A DNA stretch of 63,997 nt, the filler included, from Collodictyon triciliatum (taxonomy: Eukaryota): NCBI GenBank assembly GCA_043381765.1. It is 5 parts of 5 records of this genome, joined end to end, with 100 filler letters (N's around TTAATTAATTAA, not from the genome) between each part and the next. Parts side by side here need not be neighbours in the genome. Positions count along the whole stretch, not along the records: positions 12,849 to 25,586 come from JBHJMP010002107.1; positions 25,687 to 38,421 come from JBHJMP010002109.1; 3 more parts are not named here. One strand, written 5' to 3'. The notes under the pieces are model-generated. The model was not told where the DNA came from and did not search any database. It saw only the letters and a list, made by a program, of their open reading frames with translations. The position numbers were made by a program, and so were the translations under genes. Below are positions 12,849 through 28,353 of this stretch, piece by piece. The stretch's first letter is position 1. Every line of letters begins with the position of its first letter.

Positions 12849-13595
12849 TCTTTTTTTTCTTCTCTTTTTTTTCTTCTCTTTTTTTTCTTCTCTTTTTTTC
12901 TTCCCTTGATGGAGAGGAAATGTGAAAAAAAATAATCATCAGAGCTATTCCGAAGAACGTTAGTAGCTGACCAATCGATTCTCTGAGCTCTCGCTTCCGC
13001 ACCCAAGGACGAGACGAGAATGTGCCTTGCCTGCTGCGGAAGCGATCACAGCAGAGTTCTCGGAGAAGGCCACAACCGCTGATCGCTCGCAAATCCCCCA
13101 ACCAAAACACACCACCGCGCTCGAACTGCAGTTTAACACTAATGCTACGATTTACCATCGTGATAGAGCAGACACAATAATCAGCATTATTAATAGGTAA
13201 ATAGTACATATTTGTATTGAAATTATGTCATAAATTTGTTAAAATCCCACTTTTTATACATTTTTGAATTATATATTATATATTCCACATTTAATAAAGC
13301 AAAAGAAGAAGCCCGTTACCACCGTTACTTTCCCTTCATCACAGAATTGGAAACAATATTTTTTCATTTATCTTTTCTGATCATCAAAAATCGATTGTCT
13401 TGTGATGGGGATGGAAGAGAGGACATGAAACAAAGGCGTGGAAACTCGAAGAGAGTAGCATTGCTCCTGTGGGCTCATCTCATTTCAAGGCACATGAAGG
13501 CATTCCCTCATTCTGTTCCTGGTCTCGGTGATGTTCTGATCAAGAATTCTTTCTTTCCTGTTATGCGCTTCGTTCATTTTTATTCTTATTCTCAT

Positions 13596-13629
13596 TCTTC
13601 TTCTTCTTCTTCTTCTTCTTCTTCTTCTT

Positions 13630-13728
<99 letters not shown>
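13596..13728. repeat. Compound (TCT)n-(TAT)n microsatellite upstream of CFAP43
   Basis: Direct tandem repeat. Confidence 0.96.
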
Positions 13729-13864
13729 GTTCTTTGTTCAGTGGGCCGAAGTCAGTGTCGTAACAGAGGTTATCCAAGCAAAACGAAAAAAAAAATAATT
13801 ATTACGGAATAATTAATCAGGCAAGGAAGTTAGAAAAAAATATAAGCCAAGAACAATCTGATCG

Positions 13865-15155
13865 ATGCCTCCACCCGAAGGATCGCTCTCTATCAGGTTT
13901 GCGCAAACACAAACAAACTCTTTCTTTCCGGCGCCCTTTGAAGCCGCCGTTCTAGCGTGTTATGTTCTGATATTGAGTTGCGAAATAGTACACTCATCTT
14001 ATCAAGATTTTACTTCAGTTTTTTATATCCCTGTCTTCCTTATCTTATTCCAAACAATCGCCTTTAATGCTTCATATACTATGTGTGAATATGATCTTGG
14101 TATTTTATATCCGGTAGATTCTGACTATGATTCTCCCCAATAACTGCCGCTCACATATTAAGCCGTTCTTATGGATACGATGGTGGTCGAATCCACTTTA
14201 TTGACGAAGAAACAGTTGCGTTTATCCTCGGAAACGCAATCAAGTTTATAAACACGTCGTCTGGGCATCAGTTTCACATATGGTGCAAAGGGAAAGGAAT
14301 TCAAGTGAGCTTACTTGCTAACTAGTAAAGCTAATCTCGGTCGAATTTTGTTTTTTCTCTCCCGAAATATTCTGATATTCTTGCATTTTTACACGATTAT
14401 TTCATGGACTCTTTATATTTCCCCATGCGAGTGATATTCACATTAGTGTCTTTTTGTACCACATAGCAATTCGCAGTATGTCGCAAAGCTGGCATCATCG
14501 CGGTCGCTGAAAAAGCCAATAATCCACGTATATTTATCCACGAGTATCCCGATGGGAATATTTCCACCGTTTTATCTGGTAGGACTGCACAATCAGGACT
14601 TGCATTACCCTTGAGTTTTGATAAATGCGCGACATATTCGTAAATAATTCGTGTCTTTTTTTCCTCTTGTCACTTATCATCCATATGAGTTTTTAGAATT
14701 CATTTAATCACTATAATACAGGAGGAACGGAGTTGGATTTCATCTCTATGAGCTTTTCGCGGGACGGATCAAGATTGGCTACGATTGGAGCTCTTCCAGA
14801 TCACAATATGATTCTGTGGGATTGGGAAAACCAGAAGCAGCTCCTCAAAATAACGACGGGGGAGATTCGATATGATATGGTTACATTCAATCCCAGAAAT
14901 GTTATGGAGATTTGCGGATCAGGTCCCGAAGGAGCGACGTGCTGGATTATTGACAAGGCCTACGAATCCTACACTGCGAAAACTATGCAAGTTCATCCCT
15001 ATTGATGCAGTTTGATATTTCGTTTTCGTCTCCTATCAATTATTTTTCTGGAGACTAAAGCATCAACATGCCTAATTCTTCACAATAAGCTAGCTTTCTA
15101 CACATCCTCTCGTCTTGGCTACCTTGCTTTAATCCCAAATAAACACGAATCCCTT

Positions 15156-15190
<35 letters not shown>

Positions 15191-18100
15191 ATATGCAGTC
15201 GAAATACACTTCCTTTATTAATGCAACGAATGTGAAAACATTGACTAAATCTGCAGTGAACTCGGACCATCTTTGGCTACAGTTGAGAACGGGGAAACTG
15301 TGAGTGTAAAAGTTCCATGCCACTGCTGGACCGCAGACAGCAAGATTCTCATCGGAACCGACCGCGGAGAAATTCACCTAGTGGACCCAGAGACGGGCTC
15401 AATCGAGCGCACAGACACGCAGTTTCAAGAAGACATCGCCCGGTCCATTCTGCACCTGTCTCTCACCCGCAACAGCATTGCAGTTGTTACCAGTGACGGA
15501 ATGTTGTCTTGGATTCACCAAGAAAACTTTGAGTTTGAGACAAATACAGAAATAGGACCTGTGCACATTTCCGCCGCCGAGTTGTCTCCTGACCACAAAG
15601 CCATGGTGCTTGGTACAAAACAAGGGTTGATATACCAGACCAAGTTCACGTTTATCGGAGAAACACTGTCCATCGAAACAAACGAAATTGCTGACTATCA
15701 CCACGGTCCAATCCTCGGCCTTGATTCACTTCCTCGACAAAATAGGATTGCCACGTGCGGACGTGATGGCACAATTCGCATCTGGGACACTCAGGACCAC
15801 ATCATGATATGCAAGAAGCAGTTCCCCACCGGGCTAACCTCTCTTTCATGCAGCCCATCGACCTACTTTTTGGTTGTTGGTTCGCAAGATGGAGTAGTTC
15901 GAATCTTTAGCATCAATCAACCATACACTCCTGTGCTTGTGCATAGAGTCAAGTTACATGACGCACCGATAACACACGTCGGTTTCTAGTTTATTAACCA
16001 TTTTATCTCACATCACCAGAGCCATTCGTTTGTTTTCAACCCCAAGCTCATTCTATCCATACACATATGGAGCTTATATTTGTTTTACCCTTTTTTATTT
16101 TCACTTTTATGTTAAGCCTCCTTATGAAATATATTTTTCTCCTATTGAAACACACAGATTAAGTATTCGAATGATGGTCGATACATCGCCACGGGGTCTT
16201 CGGATAAAAACATCGTCTTGATGCATGGACATCCGAGTCATAACTTTGAGATTCTTGGAATTGCAGAGCTATCTGGCCCCATCACTGCTCTAACATGGAA
16301 TTATGCCTCTAGTCCGCAGGTTTCATACTCAAAAATCGTACAAAAGACTGACACATGCTATTTGTTCCTCATAAAAACACAAGGCGAGACGCATTCATCA
16401 TTTACTATTTTATATTTCTCCCTCCATAAAAGCTGTTTGTGGCTATCGACTCTGGAGACGTCTTTAGAATTGAACCGCCTCATTCATCATTCCGCCCTGA
16501 TGAAACGTTCAAAATGAACAATCAAGTATGCAAGGTGAGTAGCTGATGAGTCTTTCATTCTCAACCAAAGCATTGGGCAGCAATTATAAGGGCATACCAA
16601 ACCTCTTTTGTAGAGAAGTTTCATGGATTCTATCTTTTCTATATGATAAATATAAATATGTTTTCACATAGTCACTCAAACATTTGTTTGTAAAAACACG
16701 CATAGAAAAGTCTTCTGAAAATGGAGTTCACATCTATGGGACTGGCAGTATTCCCGTCAAACATAACCAAAAACAACCAAACATTCTTGTCGATTTCCCA
16801 AGACAAAATCCTTAAGAAATATACAATGCCGCTGGAAACAGGCGACCCTGACCTTATGGACGACAGCGACCTCGTTCAGGCAGAGGAAGAAGTCTGCATT
16901 ATTATCAATACAATTTTTGTTTTCCTTTTTTTTTTTTCAGTTTCTTTTTGCTCCAAAGCACTGCTGTATCATTCTTTATCATGTATGTTAGACCATCACC
17001 GCCCATCTTACTTTATTCAAACTACGCAAACATTTTCTTACCAAACCTCGCTGTGGAAGACTTGAATATATACGCATATGAATATATTTTTGCCGATGAG
17101 GTAGAATTATTAATTTCAATCACATATGAGATTCTTTCTCACTCACAAAAACCATACTACACCGCAGTACACTGGATTCCAAAAAGTCGGCAGGACTATC
17201 GGGCTTTCTCCAGGCGGCCAGCTTGTTGCCATGGGTGATGACTCTAACATGCTGATTCGGTTCTCGCAAAATCTGGATGTTTCGTTTGGCTCGAGTTGTC
17301 ATGATACAGCAAAGGGGGGTGTGGCCCTTGTTGCATTCAGCTCGCTGGACCCAAAGATTGTCTACAGTGTTGGTGACGATGGGTCTATCCTGTGCTGGTC
17401 CATCCGAACGAATCAAATCCTAAAATCACAGCCCCCAGCTGAGTTACAGGTCGACTACGATTCACTTCCCCAAGTAGATGACCCGAACACACATGGAGAA
17501 ATCACCTTCTTTGAGAAGTCCCTCCACGAGTTCAGGGAGGATGAAGAGAAGCAATATTCGGTATGCATGTTTAGTTATTTATTTTCGCTTAAAAACAGAA
17601 AAAAATATACGTAAATCATTTCCCCCCTCGATATCAGATATGTCATTCTCTTTATTTGGTTCAGAAATATCAATGAAATATCAATCACCATCCCAAATCA
17701 TATTCTCTTTCATGAATCTTGGAATTGGGAGCTTTATTTTTGTGGAAACCACTCAAATATCTTTCTTTTATTCGCACAGTCCATGAAATTAACACTATTT
17801 TGTATCAGTACGCCAAAAATGCAGCCAGGGATGAAATCCAAAAATTGAAAGAAAAATATGTCAGACTCATACAGTCTAATGAAATGGTAATTCTATTGTA
17901 ATACATCCCATAAATGCGATGTTTTCTCTCACTAAAACTGTATTTCGGAGCAACATAATTTTATGTAGATTTCATCTTTGGACACATGTCATGCCCTTCG
18001 TTAATCCTTGTCTTTGTAAGGCACCCGAAATAGAGAAGTTGGACCGGAGTGAATTTGTTGTGGATATTGAAATGCGTGACCGACTTATCGCCGAGGGAGA

Positions 18101-21100
18101 GGAAAAAGTAAAACAATATATTGAAGATATTGAATATAATAACTCAGGATGTGACTTGATCTGGGAAAGAGTCAAGGTACATTTACTACTCGAACTATTT
18201 ACTATGTATATGATTTGATTTAATTAGCTATGCTTTGTTTATAATTCTCAGTTTTCTCGACACGTTTTTTTTTTTTTATTACTTGAATTATCTTCTGGTT
18301 CTTTTGATATCAGAATCTAATTTTTATATCCTCTACGTCATTTTTTTTCCCATGGAAAAATATAGAAAGAATGCTGGGATTCAATGAGCGTAAAATGTAT
18401 TCTTCTGAATGCTTTCAAGTCTGGACGCAAAGTAAGCAATTATCCGATGCGGCACATTAAGCCCCATGAAAAAGCAATCATGGAAAGAATAAAAGCTTTG
18501 CGACGTGTCGAAAAAAGAGAAGCCAAGTTTCTTCGAGTAAGATATTAATAATTGGTGATTAGCTAAAAGACCGATGTTGAATATAATGTTCTCAAATCGA
18601 ATAAAAAAACCATCATTTACATGCGAATAATGCTAAAGGCTCCCCTTTATAAATTCCTCATCTCCATTTGTTTAAACAGGCTTACTTTCTACTCTCTGGT
18701 GTTTTTTTTTTTTAAAAAAAATAATATAAAATTCAATTAGCCAAACTCTGCTGTCGCACGCCCATTTTCGAACGAGCGGTTGATGACACAATCATCAACA
18801 AAGAGCTCACAAAATGCTATCGCACCGCCAGGTTCTGCAGATGCCGAGAAAGTAGAAACAGAGGAAAAGGTTCTATAAATGAATGTCCTTATATATTTAT
18901 TTAATGGATGTGTTCTAAATTCATAACTAAATCACATTTAATGCATCAGGAAGAAGAAGTAGAGGAAGCTGAAGTGAAGAAGAAAGTGGAAGAAGAGGAC
19001 GATTTGCTTTATGACCCGTTGGAACTCTATACACCAAAACGCAAAATCTCACAAATGAGATTGCTACAGATGAGGATTCTTGATTATAAGGTATAGTTGC
19101 ATATATCCCTTCTGGTAAGCAAGGATTCATCATTATATAAGTAGATTAGATTCGAACACAACCTGACTACTCTTTCTTCTTCTTTTTTTTTTTTAAAAAA
19201 AAACTATTGTGATAGGCTGCATACAACAAACAATTTGATGAGTATCTCGAAATGAAGAAACTGGAGATTCAAAAGATCGACGACCGTGAAGCACGCATCA
19301 AAGCGATATATAAAGACTTGGGGATGGATTATGACCCCCCAGTCAAGTATACTTTAGTTCCAGACGAAATCCCAGAGCATATTCTGGAAGTGAAGGATAA
19401 TGAAGTGGTTGTAAATGTAATATTTGTCACACTTTTTCGAGATGAAATAAATACATAAATGACTAGCACGATTAAGATACATTTTTTTTTTACCTTTGTA
19501 TGTATATATATACATTTTTATAAACTATCGTGTATTACGCAGTATCTTCCAACTGGAGAAGAAGTGAGTGTTGCCAAAGCCAGAGAAGAGGAGACCCTTC
19601 GAGCAAATCAGAAAGCAGGTGCAAATGCAAAGGAAACAGCCACAGACCGTGCATTGAAAACTATGATGGGTGGAAAGCTGGACAATAGGTCTCTCTTTCT
19701 TTATGAGTTTCCAACTAACTTTCAAATGAATTTTTGTTTTGATACAGAAATAGCGGATTGGTTCGTTGAGACATAGCCTATCATCTTATCTCAAGTACGT
19801 ATTTTATAATAACCAAAATTTTGTGCAGGGGCGATGAACAGTCCTTGGAAGACATAGTTCGCCCCGAGTGGATGAGTAGGCCTGCTGAGGAGCTGTCTGA
19901 GGAAGAAATCAAAGAAATCAAAGAGTTTGACCAGAAGATAGCGACCATGAAGGTGAGAAGCTTGTTCAATATATATTCGCCTCTACATCCCACAGAGTTG
20001 CTATCGAATCTCGGGTTGGGGTTAATTCGATAACAGTTCTTCCTTGGTATTTACTCCCATGAAAATATCAGGAGGAGCGCGAAAAACGTAGAAAAGCGCT
20101 CGAGACTGAGCTGAAGAAGCTCCAAGGCTCAATCATCGATATTTGCGTGGCTTTTGACGAAAAAGTCGCACAACTCTTTAGTATCCGTAACCAAACTGAC
20201 CAGGCCATATATGAAGAGGAATTGAAAATTATCAAGCTGGCGCAGGCACTTTTACAGGATGAAGACTTTGAAAACAGAGTGCCTATTCAAATCGTCATAA
20301 TTAAAAGAAAAAAAAGAGGAAAATGAAAGAAAAAGAGCAATATACGCCCCGTTGTAATTATTTCTCCCCTTGTGAAATATTTATGCTCCATATGGCCTGT
20401 AGGAATCAAAGCTCTCTGTTGTTCTAGATGAACTGAAGCATAAGAAGGGAAAATGTACCACCACACTTCTAGAGTTCAAGGTTTGTATCATTTGGTTGCA
20501 TTAGTAAGCGAGGCTCTTTATGCACCCGAAGATATCATTATGTCCAACCGACGCACTCATAGGAAACGGTGATTTTATTTTATTCTAGAGAGAACTCGAC
20601 CAATTCAAGGAACAATACGAATCTGTGGTAGGCATAGACAAAAACCTAGAGCGTTCATTCAAAAGGGAGTTTGCAGACGCCGACATGAATTTCGACATAT
20701 TGTTACGATTGTTCAAACGCCGATTCAAGGTTTTCCTCATTCTTGAAACCAGAAACCATACGCATTCAAAGGAAGAAAAGGAGCATATGCATAATGCTTC
20801 ATATTGACTTGTGTATTGTTGAACAATCCTGTGGTTAAAACACATCCTTTTTATAATTAACTCTGTTTTCACTTCTTTTCTTCGGTCCTAAATAACAAAA
20901 CAAAGCCACCGCCGGTCACACTCCGACCTGCACCGGATATCCACCCGGACCCAGTTACATCCATCGAGTTTCAGGAACAGCAGGCAAGCGAAAGTGCCAT
21001 GTCCAATGACAAGTTGGATCCAGTTTTAGACAAGCCCGAAGGCTTGGATGATTCCATCTGGGAGCGCTTTTTGATGGCAAGAACAGCCAAGATGGAGAGT

Positions 21101-23112
21101 GAGGCGGAGGTAACATATACATTTTCGAAAATATATGAAAACTTTGGAAATATCATCTTTTCCCTATCCTTCTGCCTTCTACATGGAGAAGTCTGAGCTT
21201 TATCAATACTCATATTATAACAGATTTTTCATCCACCATGAGCAACATCTTCGAATAAGATTGAAATAAACGTTTAAACAATAGGTTAAAAAGTACTCGA
21301 CGATTCTGGCCGAGATGACTCGTTACTTCACATTGGTGAGCGAAGAAGACCAAAAGCTTCAGTCAGATATCGAAAGGGTTCTCCGTGAGTTTTCAGAGTT
21401 CCGTGAAATCCGTGTAAGAGAAGCCTCCAACCTTGATATCTTGTTCAAGTTGAAACAAGGGCAGGTGTGTTGTAGTTTAAACATGTTAGACATCACTTAT
21501 CCATGACGATTCCTCTTTTTAATACCTCGCTCATTACACCATTCGGACACAGTTACTCTTTTTTTTTCCAGCATTACTCAAATGCATTCGTACAGCTCAG
21601 TAATTCTTTCTTTTTTCTTTTTCCTTTTTCATATTTTTTCTTCCATCCTGGCGTGCTTAAAAAGGTCGAAGTAGAACAAGCAGCTGTTGTGACGGACTAC
21701 GCAGATGCAGTGCTCATCCACCGCACTGTTGTCCAAGAGTTAAATCAGGTTATCCGTCAGCTGGGAGAAGATATTGTGAGACTTCTCCGGCAAATCAAGG
21801 ACTTCCGGAAGAATATCCATCAGGTTCTGTGCATCTCATGAATTCTTCTCCCCTTCTTCATTCACATTTGACTGATATACGAGTTTATATGGTTTTCATT
21901 GTTTCTTAAGCAGAGCTGTTATTTTCCTCTTCTTTGCGCCAACAAACATTCCATTATTTTTTTTTGGGGCGTTAATAAACCACTTTTTTATTTATTAACA
22001 GGTAGAATGGGAAAACAAGCGCCTTGAAATGCAGGCAGAAGACCTGCAATTCAAGATTCGAGATTTCCAATTGCTAAGAGTGACAAAAAGTTTGCAGGAA
22101 CTTATCAAAGGTGGTTCGGAAGACCGGCACGCTATTGAAGTTGATATGCTGGAAAAGCGAATAGAATATAGCGCAGTTGTGAGTTATATATTACACACGA
22201 GAAAAACTCTGAAATGTTTTTTTACACACTTTCTCTGTGTTTACCTCGTTATCAGATTTCTCACCCTTATGATAATTATAATCGATAATATGGAAAAATA
22301 AGGATTCACTCCCGATTCAAAAAAAAATATATGCAAGAATGTCGCCAATGGTTATCTTAAAAGTGCTTTCTTTCTTAGTCCCACCAAAACAAACTGGCAG
22401 AAAAGAAGAAAATACTCGGGCAACTGAAGAAGCTAATCGAAGCGAAGGAGAAAGAAAATGAGACACTTGACGACCAAATTCAAAAACTGAGCATTTCCGT
22501 CTACGAGCGCAATAAAATACATGAGATTCAAGGTATTTGCACGCAATAATATACTTGTAACTGTTAATATCCATCATATATTCTTTTCCATTTATCAAGT
22601 CCTTCGGTTTCTACTTAAATATTTTCTTGAAAGACTCAAAAACAAAGACAACAACATGATGATTAGCATGACTCTTGATAAATCGATATCCTATTAATTT
22701 ATTCGACAGTATACCACGCCATACATACTAAAATATTAAATAAAATGAAGGCAAATAAGCAATTCATGTTAAAAAAAATAAAGATACAAAAAGATGCTAG
22801 AAAAATGAATAGAAAAGAAAGAGATGAATGAGGAATATCACACCACCATCTATAAGATTTACCGACCGATGTGCCATTACTCACAAACTCTCACACTTAG
22901 TTTCTCGCGACGAAACGACCACAGTGCCGAGCGCGAAGAAGATGCAGGATATTTCGTACATGCGCCGACTCAACGACGTGCAAAGAGGCCAGGAGGAAGA
23001 GATTCGCTTTCTCCGCGAAGAACTCGAGCGGCTGCGCCAAAAGACTTTCCCTTCGTTTTCGTCCATTGCAGACAAACGCAAACGCCCCGCAATGACCGAC
23101 TCTCGGCGCTGA
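13865..23112 (+). CDS. CFAP43: Cilia- and flagella-associated protein 43 (WDR96): N-terminal WD40 repeats plus C-terminal coiled coil, ~23 exons
   Basis: WD40 repeats (SMSFSRDGSRLATIGALPDHNMILWDWE, IATCGRDGTIRIWD) and family-typical C-terminal motifs (IWERVKKECWDSM, LLYDPLELYTPKRK, LFKLKQGQVEVEQAAVVTDYADAVLIHR, EWENKRLEMQAEDL, LRVTKSLQ, LREELERLRQKTFPSF). Complete ATG-to-TGA model. Confidence 0.9.
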
Positions 23113-23602
23113 AAAATACAGTCAGATGAACCACTTAATCAAACGAAACTATAAGCCAAAGAAAAAAAATATGAAGCATGGAAATTTAGTGATTTAAGGA
23201 TGTGATAACGTCCAAACACAATATATGGATAAGAAAGAAAAAAAAACACCTAAAAACCGAAGGACAGCATATAAACGATATCCTGATTTCATCACCATAC
23301 GATAAGGCACTGATTGAAAATGGATATATGTATATTTAAAAAAGGAAAGAAAGAGGTCTAATCCCCATGCTGTTTATTCGCTGGGACAAATCGAATGATA
23401 TCTCCATCCATCACCTACAAACATATTTATCACCAAACGAGCGAGAGTCAGGTATACCATATGACTTGTGCAAAATAACAACTTCATGAACGAAAGAACA
23501 CGAAGCTACGTTCTCCAAACAACCCCTCTGGGGTATTCTTTTCCCTCTTGTCTGTCATTTTGATTTATTCTGACTTGTGTTTGAAAGAGACACAAAGCTG
23601 GC

Positions 23603-25182
<1,580 letters not shown>

Positions 25183-25586
25183 CTTTATTATGCATTTAGT
25201 TATTAGCAAAGATTAAATAAGTATTATTTCAAGGAAAAAGAAAAGGAAAAAAAAAGGAAAAAAAAGGAAAAAAAAGGAAAAAAAAGGAAAAAAGGGAAAA
25301 ATTAAAAAAATTAGAAGATTAAAACCAAAAGATAAAAGATAAGATAAAAAGAAATAAAGAAAAAGAAAAGGAAAAAAGGAAAAAAAAGGGAAAATAAAAA
25401 TAAAAGAGAAAAAGAAAAGAGAAAAAGAAATTTAGAAAAGGGAAAAGGAAAAAGGAAAAGAAAAAGGTAAAAAGGTAAAAAGGTAAAAAGGTAAAAAGGT
25501 AAAAAAGTAAAAAAGTAAAAAAGTAAAAAAGTAAAAAAGTAAAAAAGTAAAAAAAGTAAAAAAAGTAAAAAAAGTAAAAAGAGAAA

Positions 25587-25686
25587 NNNNNNNNNNNNNN
25601 NNNNNNNNNNNNNNNNNNNNNNNNNNNNNNTTAATTAATTAANNNNNNNNNNNNNNNNNNNNNNNNNNNNNNNNNNNNNNNNNNNN
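25587..25686. other. Artificial contig linker
   Basis: N44-TTAATTAATTAA-N44. Confidence 0.98.
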
Positions 25687-25798
25687 AAAAACAAAAAACA
25701 AAAAACAAAAAACAAAAAACAAAAAACAAAAAACAAAAAACAAAAAACAAAAAACAAAAAAAAAAACCCACTAGGACATTCAGCATATAGACCGAAAG

Positions 25799-28007
25799 AT
25801 GCAGCCCCTGAAGAAGACCTTTGTGGCATTTGTGCTGCTGATCGCAACCTGTCTCCAACCTTGCCACACACAGGTAAGCCATTTCCGGAAAGCACATAAT
25901 ACTTTAGATCCGCCTCATCGCCACACTTACTTCGCACCTGGTTTTCATCCAACTGACCTCTTTCATGCGAGAAATACTTAATCCCTGCTTAACCAATCCC
26001 TTCCGCACGCATAATAGGGAGCAGCTCCACTTCAATTGATCGAAGCGCTCTCGGCTGAAAGCACAGTCCCGTTTCTGAATACCGCGAATTATCGCAAAAT
26101 CATCGCATCATCAGAGCGAGATTTTCACGTGTTGGTTGTGTTCACAGCCCTCCAGCCAGAGCAATCATGCAAGATATGCAAGTAATCGATTTCTTATTTA
26201 AAATGTATATGAAACATATCGTAACACATACAAGAGATGAGTATATCTTTGTTTCGTATATCTCAATGCCACATTATATCTATGTTAGATGACATATTTA
26301 TAATGTCTGATGTAGGGTGTATTTTATTCATCCCTTCAAAGACTCAAAAACCATAGTGGTTCTAATTGATAAACCTACCCCTTTTTTCTTCTCTTTTTTT
26401 TCTTTTCCTATTTGATAATTTTTGTCATGAAAGCTACATGCTAATCAAATGTGTGCTTTTCTTCCTATTAAATCACAAGAGCGTTTGACAAGGAGGTTCT
26501 TCGCTTTGGAAAAGCTCTCAAAAACTACCGATATTCCCTTCCGAAGCCGCTTTATATTGTTAATGTGGATGTTAAGGATGCAGAGCCCATCTTCAGCGAA
26601 GTAAATGAACCAAGTTATCCTACGAAATGACCTTTGAGCTTTATACATTTATAGTGATATTTTCATGTACGAAACTGTTTCACATATTTTCACTTAGTGT
26701 TCCAAAAAATAGTACATGCCTTAATGACGCGCAATTATTGTGCTTAAATAACCCAATAGCATTATACTAAGTCAATCATATGTTATTTTCTACCCCCAGT
26801 ATGAATTGGAATATGCCCCTATCGTGAATTTCATGAAGGCCAATGAAAATAAAAATAAAAAGCCTGTATATGACTCCGCAAATAATTATGACATGTATGA
26901 GAACGACATGACTGCCGAAGGTCTTGCTGAATTCGTCCGACAACAAATTGGATACGAGGTTATCATTTGTTCCCACCTTTCTCTCATCTTTAAACCGCAC
27001 AGCCTGATCAGAATCTCATTCTCAGGCGATGCTGATTTTTTCTCCTGCGACTCGATGAAAATGAACGAAAAACACTATATATAACTGTAGTTACATTTCA
27101 CCCTTCACATATTTTGTATATCAACACCCCGCATTATAGATACCACTAAAGACAGAATCAGCTTCGATTTACCAAATTTTGGCAGCCTCGACAGTCTTGC
27201 TTCTGACGACCATCTGGCATATCAATAGTTACTTTGGTGGACTCGAAAATCTAAAGAAAATCAGGCATTCTTGGAAAACGTGGTTTGCAATGTCCCTGGT
27301 AAGTAAGCTTCACCGGAGCTTTTCTAATTGGTGCTAGTCAACAAAGTCAACAATATGAGAATCATTTTACCCGATTCACTTTTATATTCTGCTCATGGAT
27401 TTTATTTTATTTCCTAACATTATCATTATTGCCCAACCCAGTTCCATATCAGTTTTCAGGCCGGAGCAAAATAATCACCCTGTGCATTTTAGATATGGAT
27501 GTTCTTCTGTTTGGCGGGGACGGTTTTTAATCTGATCAGAAAGCCCCCACTGGTGTCTGTAAATCATCGGACTGGAGGGATGGTTTTATTCGCTCCTGGA
27601 CAATCTAACCAAACAATAGCAGAAGGCGCAATCATATCTGCTATGTGTATCCTCAATCCTTAGCATGATTATGCTTCAATGTAAATTCACAATAGTGTCT
27701 TATGTAACAACTGTAATTTCGCTTACTTTACTTTCACGCTTGAATTCCTTGACAGTTTTTTTTTCTTACCTAACGCCCAATTGTGTGTAAACTTACTACT
27801 TTTCGAAAACTTGATCTGGAATATAACTCGATGAACCTAGTTATTGTGTTTAGCAGTATTTTGATTGCCATTCATTCGCTGCTGGAAAGGAAGGCAAACA
27901 AGTGGGTGATTAGGATTCTGGGTGTGTTTTTTACGCTCCTTCTCTTGCTGTGCTACTACGGAATCCGTTTTGCGTTCAAAATGAAGAATCCATGGTACAT
28001 GAGATAG
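25799..28007 (+). CDS. OST3/OST6-family (MAGT1/TUSC3-like) oligosaccharyltransferase subunit, 7 exons
   Basis: Signal peptide, thioredoxin-like domain VLVVFTALQPEQSCKICK (CxxC), MTAEGLAEFV, four hydrophobic segments, LAGTVFNLIRKPP, APGQSNQTIAEG, and C-terminal FKMKNPWYMR. Confidence 0.88.
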
Positions 28008-28353
28008 GCATGGAGCTCCACTGAGCCATTAGTTTGATTTGGAATTTAACATGGCACCAAGACTGTCAGCTTTGGGCCACTCCCTCCAAACTCAATGGCA
28101 AGGGTTGGTGTATGGACAACCTTTATCTCGATAAGCGGATATATAAAAATAAAAATAAAGAGCTCAAACACATATGAGTTGACTAGAACCTTGATATCCT
28201 CCCAAATAAAATGTTTGCAGATGCATTTTTATTTATTTGTATCTTAATGTAGATTGATGTGCCCCAGCATTAGGGCTATATGTCTCGACAGAGACTTTAT
28301 ACATCTACATATATTTAGAGTTATTGAACAAAAAGAAAAAAATATGGATATCG

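Noticed and set aside
12900-13570. GC-richer blocks upstream of CFAP43 as ncRNA or gene
   Set aside because: No recognisable tRNA, snRNA or snoRNA signature and no convincing ORF; may be promoter or 5' sequence of a truncated divergent gene.
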